DNA of 62,311 bases, the filler included, from Basidiobolus ranarum (Eukaryota): the NCBI GenBank assembly GCA_040143965.1. It is 6 parts of 6 records of this genome, joined end to end, with 100 filler letters (N's around TTAATTAATTAA, not from the genome) between each part and the next. Parts side by side here need not be neighbours in the genome. Positions count along the whole stretch, not along the records: positions 20,824 to 31,128 come from JASJQH010007595.1; positions 31,229 to 41,529 come from JASJQH010007596.1; 4 more parts are not named here. One strand, 5' to 3'. Both the position numbers and the translations under genes were made by a program. Positions 21,989 to 34,174 of this stretch are shown piece after piece; the first letter of the stretch is position 1; every line of letters starts with the position of its first letter. Under the pieces are notes generated by a model that was not told where the DNA came from, made no database searches, and saw only the letters and a list, made by a program, of their open reading frames with translations.

Positions 21989-23443
21989 TTAATTTCTTTC
22001 ATTGTCATCAGACATAATTAGTTGTACACCTTGGTCGTTTGACAATTCTTTCAACTGGTTGGGAGGAAGATAGACATGGGCAATAACACCAGGAAGATTG
22101 GATTGATTGGTTGGAAAGAAAATAACCATACCATTGGCAATCGGTGGGAGTAAGACGAAGGAGTTGGAGCCGAATCCAAGGTCAAAGTTGGCCAGAGTAG
22201 TGAACTTTTTCCATGAATTAATAAAGATGTCAGCCACATCGTAAGACTGGAAATTCATGCTACAAGCAGTTTCGGGCGGAAGCTCCGCAAAATACTTGTA
22301 ATTTCTTCGGATTTTGTGGTGATCAAAGGCCAACATACTCATTCGGATCTGCTTACAAATCTCAACAAGAGAGGGAATAAGGGAGGGACTACTCAGCTCA
22401 GAGACTAAGAGCGAAGTATGGTGGGTCATGGCAAAGTTACCGATGGCATTGGGTGGAATCGGTGGGGATTCAAAGGAGCGAATATTGGTGGGACGGATGA
22501 GAGAGGAAGTAGAGTTGGGAGCAAGCTGTCGAATCTTAGTAATGGCTCGCCAAAACACCGCAGTAACGACATCGTCAGAGGAGATGAAGTGAGGAAAACC
22601 TTGAGAAGATAATACGGCGGTTATCTCTTCCTTTAAATGCAGAATTTTGCTCTGAGAGAGGTAATACAGTTTGGAATAGACGGGCGGGAGTTGTGAGTCA
22701 TTAGATGGATTTAAGAGAGAGCTCTTTGGCACCGGAGCCCACCCGGTTGGCATCTCTGATACTATAGAATCGTCAATTCGGTTATGATAAAGAAACTGTT
22801 GCAAATCCGGCTTGTCGACATTAGTCATACCCAAGGCCAACTTGCTCCAAGTGCTCTGAAAGGTTTCATAGGAGGTACCGTCCAGTAGAGCATGGGAAGT
22901 CTGCAGGGTAAGGATAACCGAACTACATTTTAACTTAGTCACCTGGACAATTAGTGGATAATGCTGAATTGAAGGATACTGGGTTTTTAGCGCAGCAGAG
23001 TCAATGGAGAAATGCTTGGCCAATTCGATGGACTGATGTTCGATATTTGTCAAGTCTGTCAGCGACAATTCTGAGTTTTCGGACTGAACTAAAACGACAC
23101 CACTGCCATCGAGAATGATATTACCAATCTTTTCGTCGGGAATATACTCAAATGTACCAGCAAGGATGGGGAAATAATCCAAAAGCTGGGAAAGAGAAGA
23201 TGATAACTTCTCCACTAAGCTCGAAAAGGAGGTAATAGAGGACGGAAAAGCTGAAGAAGTATACCCATAAAATAAGGTGACTGAAGAATAGTTGTTCTTG
23301 TCGAGCGCGGAGAGTGGAATGACAGGATGTTCAGAGGTATTGTAGGTAGTAAAAGAACTGGGATTATAGCCAGCATAGAGTGAGGCATCGAGGGTAGGGT
23401 TGTTTGGCTTTACCCTAGAAATGGACAAGATTTTAGTGACCAT
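21989..23443 (-). CDS. BAHD/transferase-family acyl-CoA acyltransferase, 484 aa, intronless
   Basis: LSQLLDYFPILAG; PLIVQVTKLKC; catalytic HxxxD (HALLDG); SSDDVVTAVFWRAI; NIR..GN; INSW..FDLGFG (DFGWG variant). Confidence 0.9.
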   Translation of the reverse strand: MVTKILSISRVKPNNPTLDASLYAGYNPSSFTTYNTSEHPVIPLSALDKNNYSSVTLFYGYTSSAFPSSITSFSSLVEKLSSSLSQLLDYFPILAGTFEYIPDEKIGNIILDGSGVVLVQSENSELSLTDLTNIEHQSIELAKHFSIDSAALKTQYPSIQHYPLIVQVTKLKCSSVILTLQTSHALLDGTSYETFQSTWSKLALGMTNVDKPDLQQFLYHNRIDDSIVSEMPTGWAPVPKSSLLNPSNDSQLPPVYSKLYYLSQSKILHLKEEITAVLSSQGFPHFISSDDVVTAVFWRAITKIRQLAPNSTSSLIRPTNIRSFESPPIPPNAIGNFAMTHHTSLLVSELSSPSLIPSLVEICKQIRMSMLAFDHHKIRRNYKYFAELPPETACSMNFQSYDVADIFINSWKKFTTLANFDLGFGSNSFVLLPPIANGMVIFFPTNQSNLPGVIAHVYLPPNQLKELSNDQGVQLIMSDDNERN

Positions 23444-25199
23444 TATAATAATATTCTATCAAAAACCACACAGTGATAGTACACGTGCGTGTTGATATGA
23501 TATTTATACATATGCCAAAAGCATGAACTTACGTGCAACAAATCGAGCCATAGCATTAGTAGGACAAGAAGTATGGGAGACTCCCTGAAAGTGTTCATTG
23601 AAAAATCAGAAACGAGGCGCATTGCGGCTCATTGCTGCGTATAGAAACCAATAGTTTAACTATGTATATATATATATGCCTAATATATCCTATTTACGCA
23701 TCCGCAGCGGTGTAAACATTGCGGAGATGAGGATTTTTCCCACTCATTAGGATATCTGAGTGAGGATTTCCATCTTGGGAAGTGCATGATGTTCAGTGAA
23801 TTGCTGTAGTACCATTTAACCTTCGATGAAGTAGTACAGGTCTCAGTTATGGAATACAGCATGACTAGGCTCGCAGTATATCGTGCTATCGGTTGTATAC
23901 AGTCAATTTCCAATTGATGAAAGCCTCAAATGTCAGTACCATTGACCACAACTAAGCCGTGGATGCGTATTTGGCATACGTCTCGAGGATATCTACCTCC
24001 CTCTTGTCAATATCGGAAAGATCCAGACTTTTGGTGACTGGATTACCTAAAGCTATATAGCTTAGTTTCAACGAAGCAACGACTAACGCTTCATAACTGG
24101 AAATATTCCAGGGAAATGGATATCCTGCCCAATAGTTCAGGAAAGGACTGCTTTTTCAAACCATATAAAATGTTATATTTATTCAAGTTAATAAAGGAGA
24201 ATTCTTTATAGTAATTGGTAGTGTAGTGTGTGAATCCCATAATATTTCGTATGCTACGGAGATTACTGGTTGAACCGCAGTAAATGATTTCGTGGTTATG
24301 CTTGATTATTGTTAAAGAAGCTTTTTACTGCCAGGATTGACCTGACAACTTACAGCTTACAAAACTGACATGCTACCACCACGTAAAGCAGGCTCCCATA
24401 TATGTGGTAACTTACTGATATTAGATATAGATAGACAGAAAGAATATGATTTGAAGCTCATCAATGATCTCGAATTAAGTGTTTTAATATATCCTAATAG
24501 AACACAGTCATTCCTCAATGGAATTTTAGTGATACTCAAATGTTTCTAATTCTCTTACTTAAAAGAACTAATTTTTATTGAGGTGAACACCCACAAGGAT
24601 TTAGTTAGATAGGGTTGATAGAAACGAATCAATAGCATTTTGATAAATTACTGGCATTAGGCTCTATTTCAGAATTTTAAGGCCTTAACAAAATTTTGTG
24701 CAAGATAAATTTTACCAAGTGTCACATTTTCCTCTTTTTTTTGATTTACTACCAAAATAACATCATTTTATTTGTGAATTTTCAATAAAATTTAATCAAC
24801 CTTCTAATTCAAGACTACTATATGAAACTTTGGTATATCGTTTCTCTTCATTGGTACCACAACAACCAACTCAGGTGCTGACAATGGTTGAGAAGAGTAA
24901 CTCAGATTTGTTCATTTTGCATTGTGAGACTGATTGGAGCAATCACTGCTATGCGCAATAAAATCTTTGCTTTTTTATGTTACCTCATGCCCCCTTTGAG
25001 AAATAATAGTAGAAATACCAGGGAAAAGTTGGCAGAGATTTTACTTGATTTGGATTTGCCATTAGAATCCCATCATAATATAGGAGGAAAGTTGACTTCC
25101 AATTATCAAAAAACTGATTTGCAGCTCATGCAATCTATCACCCTGCCGGATTACACATTATTATAGGTTAAGAATCTTTGTAAAATCTTCCCACATATT

Positions 25200-28060
25200 T
25201 ACACTACTGTCATCTCACATGCAATAAAATACTGTGGTTTTATTCATTATAGTCTAATGAGATTTAGTCACTCTTCTATGGAACATTGAACCATTTTATG
25301 AGGAGTAATATCTCTCTTGTTACCTTGTTTTAACTATCTGTAAAGGGTCCACCATTCAATCAGTGTAATTTGTTTGATATCTTTGGCCCAAAGTGGTGCT
25401 AATCCTACAATGTGGTACCATCCAACATTCAATTTCTCTTCAAAGTCTGCTTCCCCAAATGTTATTACACCCATTTCTATAAGAAAGCTAACATACTGGT
25501 TCTGCTTGCCAACCTACTTCATTATTTAAATACTTCACAATGGCCTATAAGTACTTGTTGATATTTACAAAGCTGATTTGATGGTTGCATTTGGTTTATC
25601 TGCAGTCAAACAACTTTTATTAGCAGTTGTTTTTAGAGCAACAATTTTCAGAACCTGTGAGTTTGAGTGGCTAGCCAGCAACATTAACTTAGCTTGTGAT
25701 TTTCCTTTGGCAGCATGGCAGGGTGCAGTTTGTTTATTGGACTGAGATGTTGTAATGCATGTGCTCAGAAATACTGCATCTAGCTAAATGCTTGGCACTA
25801 GCATATGAAAACCTTATCAAGACTGTTACAGCTCGATTGGTTATCAGCACAATTCAGTGTATCATAGAAGATGAAGAACATAGCAGAGCAGAAATGGAGT
25901 ATTTTGCTGTCCATATGGGCTTTTTTAGGTGGTTAACATTATAAAGAAAGCTCCCATAAACTCATGGACAATGAGTAGCATTTAAGTTGATCATATATAG
26001 TAGCCATAGTGCAAAAGTAATATGTATGTATACTTTAGAGCTATTAGGTCAATGTATGTATGGATTTCCCCTGATCAACTATAATTCTCTAGGTGTGTAT
26101 GTGGGGATGTATATTCTAATATTGGTCTAAGATGTTAGCACAGGATATTGATTTGAGTAAGTAAAGGGATATACTGGCTAAACACTCAATGCCTATCCTA
26201 ATCATGTAATTATACTTAGTGGAAATGAGAAGAAATATGTATTTGAACATGTGCAGATTTTAAGCAGTACAATGTATATTTGCAACTGTGTCAAAGGGTG
26301 TATTTTGGGGGGGGTGAAACAGTGAGATACTGCAGATATGTTAGCTTAGTCACAATTGATTATATGTCAAAGTGATGATAGGGGAATTTATAGTAGTTTA
26401 TGACCCTCTTTACAGCTGGAATAGTTGTGTTGATAATAATAAACACTATGAATACAACACATTACTGTATCCACAATAAGCATGCTATAGGCCAGATATT
26501 TATTGCCAGAAATAGGCATAATCCAGGATAAGGGTTATGTAAATGGGATGGAGTTGCTCTTGATAAACTTGCTTCAAGAAATATTGTTGAAATCCCATGG
26601 GAATACCAGTGGGCAATGTGTGTATCAGCAGCCAAAATCCCAGTAGATGTATTTTGTGGTTATCTGACAGGTTTCCACTAATTTGATCAGGATCCAATCC
26701 AGGCAATCCAAAATTGATTTTCATACAGACTAGTTTCAAGTCTTGCCAATTTCTGAAAAAAGAAAACTGGTAGGTATGGCTTGATGACAACTGTGGAAGT
26801 GAAATAATAGACAGAGATATCCAAATTCTTATTGCTGTTGTGAAGCTGACTATGTTTGGGATTACTTTGGGATTAGCAAAAGTCACACCTTGATAGACAG
26901 CTATGGTGATTGCATATATAATTCTCAAACTGGAGATCATAAACTGTTTACCAAAGCTTTTTACCTTTGTCATGTGTATTATCTCTTTCTTTATACACCC
27001 TAACTTTTCATACATATCACCTAAGCTAGTCTATATGATTTAGTTTTGCATATATTTGAGGGGCATCACCATAGGGAAAACTGTTGTTGAGGCTTTTCAC
27101 AAGATGCTAATCAATAGATATTCAGGAATTCCCTGCATTAGTAACAATTCTTTGAGTTGGTATATGGATTTGCAGACTCAGTCCAAGATATTAGTGCAAG
27201 TGATTTTATTGAGTTTGGAACAAGCTATTCTGGATAAAAACATGACAAGTGTTTCCCCAAATTGAGCAGCAAGCTATGAAGAGTGGATATGAGAAATTGT
27301 TGTTTGAGAATTACACACAATTAAAGCTATAGAATTTGTAGCAACTTTGCCATAGTTAGTTTTGAGAGGGAAAAGCATAAGCTCAGATTGTTTATCTGCT
27401 CAATGCCAATTATGCATTTGCTTAAGTAAAGGAAGGATAATTTATTGTATTTCTTGGCTCACATTTTAGCAGGAGTAATCATGCTGATAATAATATACAT
27501 TATAAGTGATAAATGTTAGTGTATGTAGAATATGCAAGTTGAAGACCAAAGTCATATTTCCAGAAAGAAGTAATATTGAGGAAGTGGAGTGTAGAAGTTT
27601 AATTGGTTCAGTTTCAATATGTTTGCTTCAAAAAAACCACAAGAATTGTATTTCAGTCTCATTGAGTAGTCTGCATTAAAGCAGTCAAAATCCAAGTAGA
27701 TGTGAAAGTTCTCTGTAGGTGGTCTACCAATTGGAACAGGATCTGATCCATGTCATCCAAATTAATTTTCACTGGGCAGAGAAGTATTGAAATTGCTTAC
27801 TACAGTGCTATCTAAATATGATTGTATCACAGCAAACATTCATTCTGTGACTTCTCAGTATTTCTCTAATCAAAAGATGTGGTTCAACACACCAAAAACT
27901 AATATATGCAAGAGAGTTTATATTGGTGATGACCAGCCACTTGAAGCTTGGGGAGTAGGAGAAATTAATGTAGATGTTGAGGACTGCTCTAGGTATATGT
28001 TTGACACTGAAAACAAGATTTGTGAGCCTTTCCTGCAGTAGTTGTTACAGAAGACAATCG
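25200..28060 (+). mobile_element. Highly degenerate Ty1/copia LTR-retrotransposon relics
   Basis: RT-like YLLIFT(K).DLMVAFGLSA (~25552-25604; cf. YL...TRPDIAFAV..LS); RNase H-like SRAEMEYFA (25882-25908; cf. STxEAEYxA); G-tract + TG at 26307-26316; protease-like IHSVTSQYFSNQKMWF..RVYIGDDQPLEAWGVGEINV (~27838-27975); many stops, CpG nearly absent. Confidence 0.7.
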
Positions 28061-28214
28061 CTTCTAGGGATATATATACCTACTCCCAGGTTTTTTGTTA
28101 ATTCTTGGCTATTTCCAGGCCTAGTTCTACTTGGTGTTTTTTAATTCAATTAATGAGACACATTATATCTTTGTCCAAGACAGCACTTTGTATCGTTGAA
28201 TTGAGATATGTATA

Positions 28215-29260
28215 TTAATTAGCACTCAATAGAAGTGGTTGAATTGCCATGAACGAATTTCTCATCCACATATACTTGCACCATATAACGATTGTCTCAG
28301 TTGTTAATAAACTTTTTAAAAACACTAGGAATATTATGATGATCCAATAGATCAATTGGGGAATTGTTAGAGAAAAGATCAATGACCAGGCCATCCATTT
28401 GGTTGCCAATAACAAAGATATCATTCGCATCCTTCATCCCTAGAACAGGTGTAGCAATATAAACCATCTCAGCTAGTTGGAGATATTTCTCGGAGGGATA
28501 TTCAATACTGTGAGAAATTGCGGCAGAGTATCCCGTACGGATGGCATTCAAGATAGATGTTGCATAAGTTTCAGGCCTTCATTTAGTAGCTTACGTACCT
28601 TTGCAACGCCGCTGCGAAGATTGAGGTTGGACTTTAGACAGTGAGATATTCCCGCTCCTCGTCTTTTGATTAGTTGGCGCTCATCTTCTGTAGGATATAC
28701 AACATGTGCCAAAATGGAACGATTTGTCAATAAACCATAGGCATTGTATACCGAGATGTAATCAGGGTGGCTCGGGTGAATCTTCTTGACACGAGTAATT
28801 TCATCCACACTCTCATCCAGGTCAGACTGAACCAGTAGATTATATTTAGCCGCGAGATCACCGAGTCCTTTCATCAACTAAGCGGTGCAAGATGGAGCAA
28901 AACGAGGAGTAATCACTGGTGTGACTAGAGATTTATTCTTATCTAGTGCATAGTCTATGAATATTTCAGTATCTTCCAGACTTTGAGCAGTATTCTCAAT
29001 GTAATAGTCAGGAGAATGTTAATACGTATTGACTTTCCCAACAAGTGCACGTTAATATGAGTATCAATCAATCCCGGCAAGATAAGCTTGTGATTATCCA
29101 ATTGAGTTAGATTCACCCCATGGTTATGGGCAATGAGTTTGGCCTCTGACTCCGATGAGCTCCTCTCCTCCTGAGTAGAGGTTCCTGCAGTATCCACAAC
29201 GATGGCAGCTTACTTTTCCACAAAAAGATACATTCCAAGGTCAATCGAAGCGTTTGACCT
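28215..29260 (-). pseudogene. GUD1: Guanine deaminase (amidohydrolase superfamily) pseudogene
   Basis: LILPGLIDTHIN, VITPRFAPSCT, YISVYNAYGLLTNRSILAH, GAGISHC..SNLNLRSG spread over several frames; in-frame TAG at 28880-28878; metal-binding His lost (HxH to HIN, QSH to QSD); internal deletions. Confidence 0.85.
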
Positions 29261-30565
29261 AGATGGAGCTACTGGAAAAGAGTAACAAGAAACAAATGTA
29301 GCTGGTCACTATTTTGTATATGTAGGACTCGAGTGCTGAATTTCCAAGTAACGAAATACAGCCCCTCCACCATAAAATAGAAGGCTGGGAATCTATCAAA
29401 GCTTGCAAACTACTTTAATTGATCGGATCTACGTCTTGCCTTTTTGAATTAATGATATATATATATATATATAATGCAACCATTCAAGTGTAAACACAAA
29501 CCCCTTAGTTCTACTTAAAACGTTAGTTGAACAAGTCTGAGAGTTTTTTAACTAGCAACCAATCATATTCACTGGAATACCAGTGTATCTACGATTTTGG
29601 AGAAAAAGATCACTAATGAGGAATAGTAGCCCTTCTTTATTTTAGTTCACATTTTGGAATAGCTTTCTACGATTGAAATTATTATACGCCCATGCAAAGT
29701 ATCGGATACAAACAGAAATTACTAGCTAGAAACTCTCCGTAAAACACTGTTTAAAATATTGCTTACCAAATTTTCACATTACCTTCAACAATTTCAGCTA
29801 AACTCTAATACACATCGTCGATTAGGACTGTGCCAAGTGCTCTTTGGGTATAACATACCTTGAATTTATTTGCAAGTCGTAAAGTGATCAAACTCTTGAT
29901 CTCAAAAGAATACAACACCGCGTTCAGTAATATAAGCTAAAAGATTATCAGTCAGCTTTGCCAATTGTAAGTTTGGTCCCGATAGATGACAATATTTGAT
30001 AATCATTATGTTATTGATTGAGTTACAGCCATTTTCTTAAGAGGAGACATATTTGTATAAGTTCTTACATAAGATCTAATCAATGCTTAGACTAGATTCT
30101 ACCAAGTACTAGATTGATTGCACTATCTTGTAGTAGAATAGTATTGATAAAACATGAAGTTACAACCGCCAGCAATTTCCGAAATACCTCGAATGCAGTA
30201 GCTACATTGATGTTTAATTGAATTTATAGACTAAAACCCCTGCTTACGGTACTCAGGAAGCCTCCATACATATTAAAGATATATCAATGGAGTTTTTTCC
30301 ATCAAGAAATACAATTAAAACTTAATAGATAATGGAGTGCGGGGTGAGAAGAAAATAACTGCTCCGATTTGAATCTTACCCAACGCATACGCATCACGGA
30401 ATAGGAGAAATAAAATTGGCATCAGTGAAGAGAAAGGGTAAAAGAACATCTAGCTGATAGGACTATTAATGACAACCACAATGCTCTAAAGAATATCACT
30501 AAATTATCTCACTTAGATTCAATAGAAACATCTTTTAATCATCAACAACTTCTACACACTTTAAA

Positions 30566-31128
30566 ATGAAATTTTCCGCCCCCAAGTTATTATGTCTTCT
30601 TTCTGGACTTGCTGCCATTAATGCAGCTGCACTAAATCCAAGGTTGCAAGCAAGAGACAATCGAGCCTATGGTGTTAAAGACATCTTTAACGGTGGTGAT
30701 AACGGCAATGGCGATGGAGCTGGTGCCTATAATGCTGGAAAGGGTGCCAATGGTAATGGAGATGGCAATGGCAATAGCGGAGCTGGAAGTCGTGGTGACA
30801 ATGGAAATGGTAATGGCAATAATGGAGCTGGTGCTTATGATGCCGGAAAGGGTAGAAATGCTAACGGAGATAGCAATGGTGGTAATGGAGCTGGTGCGTA
30901 CGACTCTGGAAAAGGCGGTAACGGTGGTGGCAATAATGGCAACGGCGGTAACGGAGCCGGTGCCTACGATTTCGGCAATGGTGGAAACGGTGGTGGTAAT
31001 GGCGGTGCTGGTAATGATGGTAGTGATAATGGCAACGGCGGTAACGGAGCTGGTGCCTACGACTCTGGCAATGGTGGAAGCGGTGGTGGTGATGGCAATG
31101 GTGGTGGAGATAACGGCAACGGTGGTAA
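30566..31128 (+). CDS. Secreted Gly/Asn-rich repeat protein with GAGAY(D/N) motifs; 3'-truncated by the contig end
   Basis: AAA-ATG; signal peptide MKFSAPKLLCLLSGLAAINA; short pro-region ..LQARDNRAY; five GAGAY(N/D) units in G/N/D spacers. Confidence 0.85.
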
Positions 31129-31228
31129 NNNNNNNNNNNNNNNNNNNNNNNNNNNNNNNNNNNNNNNNNNNNTTAATTAATTAANNNNNNNNNNNNNNNN
31201 NNNNNNNNNNNNNNNNNNNNNNNNNNNN
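31129..31228. other. Artificial contig linker
   Basis: N44-TTAATTAATTAA-N44. Confidence 0.98.
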
Positions 31229-31830
31229 CATGACTTCATGTAAGTTAACCTGGATGAACTAACACAAGATTGCCAAGAAAGGATGGCACAGCAGATATGA
31301 TGTCATAATCTAATAATAGAAGAGTTCTATTTGCAGTGGCTGAGTTTGCTGAGATCAGAATCATGACCAACTGTAGTTTCAATATAGCTCTACCTTGAAT
31401 AGGCCTATTTGTTGCACTGTAGAGATAGGGCAAGTAAAACTGAGCTCTGTACTCTCATAGTAGTACACAAGAGGGCAGGTGCCACTTTTCAACAATTGAT
31501 AATTGGTAAACCTATGAAGCCAATTCCAGAAATGCTAAAGAGTATCTCAATGAACTCACCACATCAAAGCCAATGTCACTTAATACTAAAAAAAGATATA
31601 AGCATACAATTTGGCACATGTATACTACAGATGGTGAGCTTTATTTTTGTTGAAGGATCTTGACATAATAGGAGTATACTTTGTACATTAGAGGCAACTT
31701 ATGATAGTGTTTTAGCTACTTTATTCTTAAGAGAATATGGTGACTTATATAGTTGAGAAGTAAATCAATTGTTTGAGATATTCAGAAGTTTGTGTAATAA
31801 GATATAATAGATGAGTGGGGGTAATAAGAC
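31229..31830 (+). mobile_element. Degenerate Ty3/gypsy (chromovirus-like) integrase C-terminal relic
   Basis: NRRVLFAVAEF..IALP*IGLF resembles the GPY/F module; FVE..VYFVH*R resembles a chromodomain start; purine run GAGTGGGGG at ~31813; CpG absent; shares a block with ~21098-21187. Confidence 0.5.
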
Positions 31831-32502
31831 ATATTGGTATATAGATATAGAGATATTCCTAATTAGAATATAGGGGCTATAGATATGTTGCTTTCTGTTT
31901 CTCACAAATGTATCATAACTAAAGTTAACTAAGATGTCAAATAAAGATTAATTATCAAACAATTTTTGTGGGGAATATGTTAATATTCCTTGGATATTTG
32001 GTAAATATCTGGGTAACATCGATATATAAAATAATCCTTAAACATACAACTCAACTTAAATCAGCCAATAATGTTCAGATAGCTTGAACACCCCAAGAAC
32101 AACATATCGCAAGGCGCAAACTTACGAGTTCTGCTACGCCAGCGAGTTACGCCATTAGCTGATATTAGAATTCAATACTGATATTCTAATCACTTTCGCA
32201 TTGGTAGCGAGCCTTTATCTCGGAATTGTGTATCCGTGTCCATAGGTATATGACAGCCTTGCTTTATGCATTATTATCATTAATAGCCAACATTGGAGCA
32301 TTGGAATTCCTAGAGAATGAGGTCTTCATTGTTCGGAATTAGAATAATGTTCATTGAGGATTTTAACATAAATATTAACACACAAGTGAGATATGAATAT
32401 AAGGGAGGTAGGTAACAAAATGCACAGAGATAACTTATGAGCATCAAAATAAAACTTGGGTTTCCGATTATAAAAAGTACGCGAGATAAGAGGGTGGTTT
32501 GT

Positions 32503-34174
32503 TTACGAAAGGCTATCATAAGGTGGCGGTGGACTCTCCAAATTAGAGCTGACAGCTCCATGGCTCAGAGTTCCGTTCAATTGCTGCTGCATGATGCTTT
32601 CAAAGATATGATGTCTCTCCTCGTTCAAATGCTCTCTATTGAGTTTCAATTCATCTGAGACTGATTTATATCCACGCTCCAAGTTCGACGTCATTTGCAA
32701 GATCCACTCTTCAATGGCTCGCAGGTTTCTGTGGGATAATGCCAGGCTACGGTGGTTCTGTTGAATTTGGTCTATCGAGCGGTAAAAGAGTCGATCAGTC
32801 ACTACACAGTTTGGTTTGGAGACTTTGGAAAACACAAACCTCGAACAAGCATATCGGTAAGTATGTTGTCAAAGAACACGTCTACCAGCATGGATCCCTG
32901 TGTGACATCAAGGCTTCCGATATCCGGGATAGAGGGCAGCAATGCCTTCGCCTGATCTATATGAGCCTGTGCTGATGCAGCATAATTTCTGGCCGCTAGA
33001 AGATGATGGATTAAAAATCGTCTTGGAGATGTTTGTGTATCAAAGGGCAAGGGCATGCATTACCTCCAAGATCCGAATATTTAACCGCATCTATAAATGG
33101 GCTATTGGTAAACATATCAAATGTTGCGTTGCTCAAAGCGCTCTCCATTCTTATAAGAGCGCCACGTAGATTCTCCTCAGCTCTAGAAATGTGCGCCTTG
33201 ACTTGACTCATAACGCTAAGTTCTGACGAAACCTAAAAATTTAAAGAATAGTGTTACATGAACACACTTCTAACTAAATTAACTTTGATTCGTTCTTACT
33301 CGATTATAAGCCTCTAGCGCTTGGTTCAGCTGGCTTTCATAAACATCCTCTCTGGGAAAGTCTGATGATTTGCGTTGAAATAAGAGTTAAACACGATCAT
33401 ACCAGGCAATATAAGCGTAGTAGTCATACCAGGGGTGGGCCCATCAAAGGTCTAAACAAAACGAAATGTTAATTCGAGTTGAAAAGATAGGGTAGCTGTA
33501 GAAGTGTTGACCTTGGAATATAGATTTGCTAATTCTTTCTCCAACATTTCATGTTGATGACTATCGTTGGCAGCTTGATGCCACTTTGGAGTATATATGT
33601 TGATCAGTATCCGCTTGTTTCCGAAACATTCATACAATTAATAAAACCTTCTCTGTGGTCTCAATTAACTGAGTTTCTAAGCCCTCTAGAGCAGCTTTCT
33701 CGGAATTCTCGTTCTCAAGTGCAGCTAGAAACTCCCTTTGTTCTTTGGCCTTGCGCTGCTCCAAGTCACCCTAAATGTGTACTTTAGCATCCGGTCAAGA
33801 CCAAGAGATGTTTGTACTTCATAGATTGTACCTTCAATTTAGCTTTAAGTTTAGATAAGGAGAATCTTTCCAGTTTCTGGACATCTTTAAGTTCCTTTTT
33901 CCTAACATAAAAGTAATATAAAAAAATGGGGAGGGGGGAGTGGTTTTCAATATGGGAAACTACCAACCACTAGAGAGAAATATGAACCAGATGAAGTGAA
34001 TACTTACGAGATTTTCTGAAGTCTAGCAATATTTTGTTTTCTTTGTTCGATAGCGGATTTTAAGTTTTCAATGTGTACACTTTCCGTATGATAGATGTTT
34101 TTGGCGTTAGCTAGAGTATTTAGTTGGTTTATGATTCGAACGTAATCCGGTAAATTGGCCTGAACTTTATCCAT
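32503..34174 (-). CDS. Multi-exon coiled-coil protein of unknown function with DVFFDNI motif and C-terminal PPPY
   Basis: Exons join via GT-AG sites: MDKVQANLP..KKELKDVQKLE..TFDGPTP/DFPREDVYE..ATFDMF..LVDVFFDNILTDML..EERHHIFE..SPPPPYDSLS*; exact boundaries partly uncertain. Confidence 0.8.

Noticed and set aside
30669-31128. 171-aa Met/Val-rich ORF overlapping the GAGAYD gene
   Set aside because: Shifted-frame shadow of GGT/AAT repeats, which lack stops
21989-31128. Acyltransferase + deaminase + secreted protein as a biosynthetic cluster
   Set aside because: The deaminase is dead, there is no backbone synthase, and the genes are separated by TE debris
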